NCBI GenBank assembly: GCA_000091205.1
Contig: AP006497.2
Strand: one strand, 5' to 3'
DNA length: 64,000 nt
From: Cyanidioschyzon merolae
Lineage: Eukaryota
The number at the start of each line of letters is the position of its first letter. The first letter of the stretch is position 1. Below the pieces are notes generated by a model that saw nothing but the letters and a program-made list of their open reading frames with translations, was not told where the DNA came from and did not search any database. The position numbers were made by a program, and so were the translations under genes. Shown here piece after piece: positions 57,472-64,000 of this stretch.

Positions 57472-58692
57472 ATGGCGCCTCTGTGTTTTACAGTTGCGCC
57501 TGCGAGGAAAAACGGGTCAGAACGCTTGCGCCGGTTGGGGGCCGAGCGAGCGGACGGCGCGTTCCTGGCGGCTTTATGCAAGTCTAGATGGGCGCGCTTC
57601 GGGCGCAGAACACAAGTCTCAGGTCTCCACTGGAAACTTACCTGCATTAGCACGCATGAGAATGTGTCTGAGGCACCGAACTCACTATTACGTGAGGAAG
57701 ACCTTCAGAGTGGCCCGCTGACGACCGAGCACCAGAGACATATTCAAGGTGTGCCTCCGGTACACCCCAGAATGCGGGCGAATTTTGAGAACATGATAAG
57801 AGCTGCTCAGAACTCCATCTGTCTTGCGTTAGAGAACGTCGATGGTTCCGGAAAGAAGTTTCGTGAGGACGCATGGGTACGCGGCGCTGATGGCGGTGGC
57901 GGCATTTCCCGCGTTCTCCAAGACGGTCATGTTTTTGAAAAGGCCGGTGTTAACGTGTCCATTGTTTACGGCACCATGCCTCCCGAAGCCTTGCAGGCAG
58001 CCTCTGCCGGCGCTGTCGCTCGTAATGCGGGATACGCCCGGGACGAACGAGTCCCGTTCTTTGCGGCCGGAATCTCATCCGTCATTCATCCATGGAATCC
58101 GCATGTTCCGACGATGCATTTCAACTATCGGTACTTTGAAACCGACAAGGGCATGTGGTGGATGGGCGGGGGCACCGATCTCACGCCGTCCTACCTTTAC
58201 GTCGAGGATGCGCAGCATTTCCATGGCGTTCTGAAATCAGTCTGTGATCGCCACGATGCCGCGTTCTATCAAAGATTCAAAAAATGGTGCGATGACTATT
58301 TCCTCATTCGTCATCGGGGCGAGCGTCGCGGCATTGGAGGCGTGTTTTTCGATGATTTGAATGATCGCCCGGCAGAGGAACTGTTCAAATTTAGTTCAGA
58401 TATGGTGGGCCATGTGGTTGAGGCGTACGTCCCCATCGTTGAACGCCGCAAGCACATGCCATACACTGAAGAGCAAAAACGTTGGCAGCAGTTGCGTCGA
58501 GGTCGATATGTGGAGTTCAACCTCGTCTATGATCGCGGCACCGTCTTTGGTCTCAAGACCGGCGGTCGTATCGAAAGCATTCTTATGTCGCTGCCGTTGA
58601 CGGCACGATGGGAGTACGATCATCAACCAGCAGAAGGGACTCCAGAATGGGATCTTCTAGATGCGTGCAGACATCCTCGTGAATGGGTGTAG
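57472..58692 (+). CDS. Oxygen-dependent coproporphyrinogen III oxidase (HemF/CPOX) with an N-terminal targeting-like extension
   Basis: '[33 protein letters not shown]', '[15 protein letters not shown]', '[13 protein letters not shown]', '[15 protein letters not shown]' and '[34 protein letters not shown]'. Confidence 0.9.
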   Translation: MAPLCFTVAPARKNGSERLRRLGAERADGAFLAALCKSRWARFGRRTQVSGLHWKLTCISTHENVSEAPNSLLREEDLQSGPLTTEHQRHIQGVPPVHPRMRANFENMIRAAQNSICLALENVDGSGKKFREDAWVRGADGGGGISRVLQDGHVFEKAGVNVSIVYGTMPPEALQAASAGAVARNAGYARDERVPFFAAGISSVIHPWNPHVPTMHFNYRYFETDKGMWWMGGGTDLTPSYLYVEDAQHFHGVLKSVCDRHDAAFYQRFKKWCDDYFLIRHRGERRGIGGVFFDDLNDRPAEELFKFSSDMVGHVVEAYVPIVERRKHMPYTEEQKRWQQLRRGRYVEFNLVYDRGTVFGLKTGGRIESILMSLPLTARWEYDHQPAEGTPEWDLLDACRHPREWV

Positions 58693-59363
58693 TGCGATGC
58701 CTTTCAGGTCGCAGGCGGTGTACGTGCCGAATTCTAGACAGGAAATGAAAGTTCCACTTACAAAACAAGGCGGAAACTCTCCAGCGTACATAGCAACCAC
58801 ATGTCATCTAGCGCATCTCGGATCCACTGCATGGTTTGGCTTCCGCAGGATGGCGCACTTGCATGGAATTCACTCCGGGGATTCCACTGCTTGCTGCATC
58901 GCTCCAGGATAACAATGGTTGAGCAAGCCATGGCGATGCTGTTCGGTGACCGACGCGCTGCGTTACGAGTGGCGACTCGCACATGCCGTTCAAGGCGCCA
59001 CCAGTTTCGTTCCGGCTCGTAGCATAAGTGTCAGCCCGCATCTCGTATACGCGTATGGCAGGATGTTCTATGTAGCGCGTTGGCCTCCATGCAGCGTCGT
59101 GTTCCGGGGAGAACATCCGATTCGACAACAGGTGGGGATTCCGAGGCATCGGATGGGTCGCACCTCCGATACGCATGTAGTGGCGAACCGGACGCCTAGC
59201 GCTGATATCCCAAGGAATGAGACCTGCATCGATCTGTGCAGGTTGAACTTCGCGACGGAATAATGCACCAATCTGTATATACATACTGCAGTGGGGTGCA
59301 GGGAGAAACGGGGTTTGGCGGTTTGTCGTCAAGATGCTGCCGTGGTAAAGCACGAGATTTGCA

Positions 59364-61871
59364 CTATGAGGGACCGAGGCTCGCTGCCCAGCTTCCCAGC
59401 GATGCGTCGGTGAGGAATCGACTCTCGATGGCATCGAAGTCGAAGTCGTCCAGTGCACGTTCGACAAATGTTTTTTCGCCACCCTGTTGATCGTTCTCAG
59501 ACAAGGTTTCAGTCGCTGACGGCTGCCACAGTGGTTCGACAGCAGGCGCCGCAGCTTCAGAATCCGGCTGAGGATGCTCTCCGGGTCGTGCTGGCTGAAG
59601 AACGGGCTCTTTCTGCACCGTTTCGTTTCTTGATGGTTGCCAACTCGTTTCAGGGTTCAGGTCGAGCCCTGAATGGATTGGCAAGCCTTCTTCCATATGA
59701 ACTTTGGATTCGATGCCGAGCTTCTGGAGAACGAGCTTGGCATAATCAAGGTAAGCGTTGTCGGGATCCGATGAGAAATCCGATTGACGCGGATCCCCGC
59801 CTCCCGTCAAGAAGTGTTCCACAAAATCCGGATCTACGACAACTATGGCGAAGATGGCATCCTGGACGACAGCGCGCTTGCGATACATCAAGCGAGCGTG
59901 GGCCTGCGTTAGTCGAACGAGCGATTCCAGGAGGCGCACCGTTGTGCGAGCAGCGCTTCGCTCCGAGTTCGTCCTTCGCAACGCATAGTACGCGCCAAGC
60001 ACGCACTCGGATGCGGGAGACAGCGTCGGGCGAAAAGTGCCTCGCACATGGTGCAGGTACTGACGCAGTTGTTCGAGGCTCCAGTCCAGCGATGGAATGG
60101 GATTGTCGAACACGTCATCTGGAGGTCTTCGGAATGGACTTTTTTTCTCAGCGTAATCATTGAGCACGAAGTCAGCGACTCGTTCATCCCATTCATCATC
60201 CTGTTTGTCTGTCAGGATGAGAATAACGTCGAAGCGACTGAGTAGCGGTGACGCAACTCCCAACGCAATGGACAAACTGTTGCCTGTCTCGCCTGATTTC
60301 CTTAAATGCTGCAGTGAGGCCTTTGTTGCTTTTGGATTAGTTGCCGCGAACACGGTTGCTCTCGTGTTCAAACGACAAACAAGACCGGCTTTTGCGACGC
60401 TCACAGTCTGCTGTTCCATCGCTTCGTGGATCGCCGCTCGATCATGTTCGCGTATTGAGTCAAATTCATCAATGCAGCAGAGCCCGCCATCAGCGAGCAC
60501 CAGGGCACCGGCTTCGAGAGCCCATTCGCCGGTCGCTGGTTCGCGTACAGCGGTGACTGTGAGGCCTGCGCCGCTCGTTCCAATGCCGGTTGTTAATACG
60601 GCGCGCGGGCTCAGAAGTGCTGCGTAACGCAAAAGGCGGCTCTTTGCCGTACCAGGGTCGCCGACCAGGAGCAAATGAGATTCACCGCGAACGCGTGCGC
60701 CGCTAGAGTCTTCCTGGGGAACGCCACCGATAAGCGAGAGCAGCACAGCCAATTTCACGATGAACATACCATACGTTTGCGGACAGACCGCTCGGATAAT
60801 GCGATCTCTAGCTCGGAGGATAACTCCATCACGCTTAGCTAGGCGCCAAAAATGCCCAAATGCATCTAAGAGATCTGGGCTGATATCGACGATCGCTTTG
60901 CGTTCATTGTTGATCTGGACGTAGTTTGCCTCCAAAATTACATCCATATCGCAACGTGTACCGGGTACGAGAGGGCGAAGCCACCGGCGCTGCAAAATGC
61001 CGGTCACGGTTATCTCATCTCCGGCTTTGCAAGACCCCGCCAATTCATCTGTAAGCACGACAAGGATCGATCGTGGTATGGAGCCCATTCCGAGATGCTG
61101 TACGGATTCCTGAAGGCGAATTTCCTGGTAATCTCCACAGGCGCAGGTGCCAGCGTCGCCGTTGCTTCGAGTCACAGGGGCGAAGCGTGTACCCGAACAC
61201 GGAGCATTACATCTCTTGAATCTTTTCCAGGGTCTTCCTCGAGTCGTTGAGGTCGCCTCAGACGTTTCTGAGTCTTGCAACTCGTTTCCAGATGGACAAC
61301 GGAGTGGCAACTCAAATACAACAGATTTGCTGACCGGCGTCGCTTGGGCTCGAAACTGATACCCACACTTCAAACATTCGTACTCGCGTTCCTTTTCGCG
61401 TACCATAACGCTCCCGGTTCGCGTAACGGTTCCCGATAGTACGATAAGGCGTCCCATGTCTGCCGATCTTAGGCCCGAAATCGTCGGCTTCGTTACTTCC
61501 GCACATTGCGGCAAGTTTGATATCCTCACATGTACAAGTGGTTTGAACGACAAACGCTGTTCTTGCGTTTCCGAAGCATGCGAAGATTCTCTCTCCGTTA
61601 AAAGTCTTGTTTGAGCATCACGAAGGGCCTCGTCCAGAATAGGGAGAAACGTCGTGGGCCTCGCCAAGATAAGAGCCGCGAGATCGCTATGAAAACAGGC
61701 CAAATCCAGAAAGTTCACCCGCACGGCAGCGTATTTGGATACGTCCGGCTGTGCTAGGATTCGTTCGATTTCCTGAAAATGCTGGGATAGAAGAAAACTC
61801 GAGAAAGTGAAGATATACTCGCTAAGACAGGGTTCGGTGCCCGCGGGGCCCGCAACTGGAGGCAGCTCCAT
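59364..61871 (-). CDS. MCM-family AAA+ helicase, most similar in motif pattern to MCM9
   Basis: Zn-finger/OB region 'CLKCGYQF...CPSG'. Walker A 'LLVGDPGTAKSRLLRYA'. 'TSGAGLTVTAVREPATGEWALEAGALVLADGGLCCIDEFDSIREHDRAAIHEAMEQQTVSVAKAGLVCRLNTRATVFAATNPK'. Arginine finger 'SRFDVILILTD'. The 'IDEFDSI...EHDR' variant of the MCM box is what I recall for MCM9. Confidence 0.8.
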   Translation of the reverse strand: MELPPVAGPAGTEPCLSEYIFTFSSFLLSQHFQEIERILAQPDVSKYAAVRVNFLDLACFHSDLAALILARPTTFLPILDEALRDAQTRLLTERESSHASETQEQRLSFKPLVHVRISNLPQCAEVTKPTISGLRSADMGRLIVLSGTVTRTGSVMVREKEREYECLKCGYQFRAQATPVSKSVVFELPLRCPSGNELQDSETSEATSTTRGRPWKRFKRCNAPCSGTRFAPVTRSNGDAGTCACGDYQEIRLQESVQHLGMGSIPRSILVVLTDELAGSCKAGDEITVTGILQRRWLRPLVPGTRCDMDVILEANYVQINNERKAIVDISPDLLDAFGHFWRLAKRDGVILRARDRIIRAVCPQTYGMFIVKLAVLLSLIGGVPQEDSSGARVRGESHLLLVGDPGTAKSRLLRYAALLSPRAVLTTGIGTSGAGLTVTAVREPATGEWALEAGALVLADGGLCCIDEFDSIREHDRAAIHEAMEQQTVSVAKAGLVCRLNTRATVFAATNPKATKASLQHLRKSGETGNSLSIALGVASPLLSRFDVILILTDKQDDEWDERVADFVLNDYAEKKSPFRRPPDDVFDNPIPSLDWSLEQLRQYLHHVRGTFRPTLSPASECVLGAYYALRRTNSERSAARTTVRLLESLVRLTQAHARLMYRKRAVVQDAIFAIVVVDPDFVEHFLTGGGDPRQSDFSSDPDNAYLDYAKLVLQKLGIESKVHMEEGLPIHSGLDLNPETSWQPSRNETVQKEPVLQPARPGEHPQPDSEAAAPAVEPLWQPSATETLSENDQQGGEKTFVERALDDFDFDAIESRFLTDASLGSWAASLGPS

Positions 61872-63039
61872 CGCTTACCCGTAAACCTTTGGGTCAGACG
61901 TTCAAGCGCCCGCACTCACGATGCCTGCACGACGCGGGGGGCGCAAACCAGGTTCCTGCCGTCTACCTCCTGATGCCCTGTCTTCAACAAAGTTTCCTAC
62001 CTTGGCACAACGTAGGTGCTCTCTCCGATCCTTAAGTCGGTGCAGTGGACGTATCAGCACCGGTTGGTCGCGGATGGAGCTGGACCCCAAACCGTGCGGA
62101 AACACGCCGGAGCACGTCGAGTCTGAGGGATATTCGGGCGTGACTTGACCAACCGCAAATTGATCCAAAAAGCGCAAACTCTCACACACCGCGGAATTCC
62201 AAGAATTTTGCATGAAAGCACTTAATCGCACGCCTAGCGAAACTGGTGCGGGCGACACCAAAGCGCGCTTTTTCGCGCCCAGTCGCGTGCCGCAAAGACA
62301 CGCAGTGAGGGGCAACACGCATGCGCATGTCCGCTGACTACGTGTCCGCATTGTGGCGCGCGCTTTTTCCCGCTGCTTCCCGAGCGTGTCGATTCATTCG
62401 CTTCACGAACTTGGAAAAATTGGCAGAAAAGAACCATTACCTGGCAACCCGATAACAATTTGCTTCCCCCTATACTATAAGCGTTCATAAGAGAAAGTTT
62501 CCGTATTTTAGAAAGATCATGGTCCAGACGGACAGTTCCGCGAGCCGAACGAGTCTGCCGGGTAAGTGCTCCGTGTCGCCAATGGCGAAGGCTGTAACGA
62601 GACACGGGCAGCCCGTCCGCAAGCTGGTTTATTCTGGGACTAGGGTAGTTAGGCTGCGTCTGGGAATCGCGTTTAGCGCGGTGGCCTCCTAGCATATCGT
62701 TTCGCGCTGCCGCAGGTGATACGGGTGTCTATGCAGCTTGCACGCTACCAGAATGCTGATAAACCTGACCCCATGTCTGGTGAACTACCTGTCGAGCTGA
62801 CGCTCTCAGTGGTATGACAAAGCCATACTGTCTCTGTGCCGCATCCGCGCCTACGGTAAAAGTGCTATGGTGGGGTACTCACGATAGGCACTTGGCGCTC
62901 GATAGAGCGTATGAAACGTTCAGTACATCTGAAAGGAAGCATAAGTAATGCAGCTTGGAAATGGGAGGAACGGCGAATGTGTTGCCGTGTGCTGATATCA
63001 AGCCCACAGTCGCGCATCTCTGCCGTGTGTAAACTTTTT

Positions 63040-63160
63040 GTCAAATTATAATCGTCTTTGTTTCATCCTTCTCCAAATATCTGAGTACTGTGGGATCACT
63101 CAAAATTGAAGGAGGAATGTAGTCCCCCTTGCACTGTTCCGTAAAGAATATATTCGTACA
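63040..63160 (+). repeat. Roughly 100-bp dispersed repeat, copy I3 (solo)
   Basis: 'aaatatctgagtactgtgggatcactcaaaattgaaggaggaatgtagtcccccttgcactgttccgtaaagaatatattcgtacacgc'. Confidence 0.55.
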
Positions 63161-64000
63161 CGCATTTCATTTACCATCTAAAGGGTACATTGCATCGTGA
63201 TTTCGGTCTTCCGCTATACATTGCGAAAAAGCACTTTATTGCACTCCGTGGGGTGAGTTAATGTTGATTTCAAAGACCATAGGCGTTACAGGCTGCGTTG
63301 CTGCATCCGGGAATAGAATAGGACCATATTTGCCAACAGGCTGTAGCAGCGATTTTCGCAACCAGCTACTCGATGAACTTTACTGAAGCCGCGTATTCAT
63401 GCGGCATCAGAGTGGAGCTCACGCACCTCGTATATCGCAAGGCGATGCGACTCGGATACAAAAATGACAGAGAAAAATGAAACTTCTTCCTTTTGATAAA
63501 TGGGATGTACGCATTATAGTTTGCGCCTTTTCTAATTGTCCTCAACATCAGCCTTTTGCAAGCTTATTCTTCGACCGTTCTTTTCTTCTATATCCGGCTT
63601 TGAACACTTCTTTCTCTCCTTTCCCTCCGGTTTCGTCGTCAGCAGTCCATGGGTGAAGGACGCAGGGGTAAAGTACCGAATTCGCAGCTTCCGGCTGTTA
63701 TTATTCATGCATTTCATGCACAGGTGGCAGTTGCTCTTGATCGATCGCTTGCAGTCGGCAAATACTTCGGAGACAGCCTCTGTGCGCCGGCTGCAGCTGT
63801 GCCAATGGATTGCGGTTGAGCGTTCCCACTCGTCCACCATATGTCGTCCACGGAGTGCCACCCGGTGGCACCTCAATGATTGCTTTATCCTCGGTATATG
63901 TCCATGAAGGGTAAAGACGGCTCCTCAGGAAACCGTACACAGTTTCCCGGTCCCGCAACGTGCCCCACGCTCACCTGCTTCCTCAGGGCGATCCTTCGGA

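Noticed and set aside
58808-59482. 224-aa minus ORF between the converging CPOX and MCM9 genes
   Set aside because: It overlaps the 3' ends of two well-supported genes in another frame and has no motifs.
1-64000. Prokaryotic or viral origin of the window
   Set aside because: An intron-containing tRNA with an oligo-T Pol III terminator, plus eukaryote-specific genes (CAF1/POP2, MCM9-like, an ABCG half-transporter, presequence-bearing CPOX, transketolase and MutS), argue for a eukaryotic nuclear chromosome despite the near absence of spliceosomal introns.

Overview
The window looks like compact, almost intron-free eukaryotic nuclear DNA, about 52% GC. I base this on genes on both strands, a tRNA gene with a 14-nt intron followed by an oligo-T RNA polymerase III terminator, and several eukaryote-specific genes. 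Housekeeping genes recognisable from their translations:
- a TauE/SafE-family transporter
- an SDR oxidoreductase
- transketolase in two copies
- an RMI1-like OB-fold protein in two copies
- glucose-6-phosphate isomerase in two copies
- ThiD/HMP-P kinase
- dUTPase
- an ABCG half-transporter
- an MSH1-like MutS
- CAF1/POP2 deadenylase
- coproporphyrinogen oxidase
- an MCM9-like helicase

Several of these carry N-terminal extensions that look like organellar presequences.

The unusual content is structural:
- A dispersed family of degraded TnpB/Fanzor-like remnants (an RDFNAAINI motif resembling RuvC-III and a Y-T-S/CxxC-like segment, with conserved non-ORF parts and a conserved 3' terminus ending ...CTCCATGGTTRTGRA). 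There are 4 loci, or 5 counting the duplicate.
- A 7.5-kb direct repeat (13899-21413 and 28199-35713). Its right edge is exactly that element terminus and its left edge sits at the transketolase start codon. It is identical throughout except for a microsatellite and a roughly 610-bp patch inside transketolase where copy A has lost catalytic His and GDG residues.
- A perfect 1.27-kb inverted repeat (8424-9697 and 10390-11663) carrying a 364-aa membrane-protein gene. It sits inside an older, diverged inverted pair of the TnpB-like elements.
- A roughly 100-bp dispersed repeat at four loci, in two cases joined to the 5' end of the TnpB-like elements.

I cannot name the organism from sequence alone.
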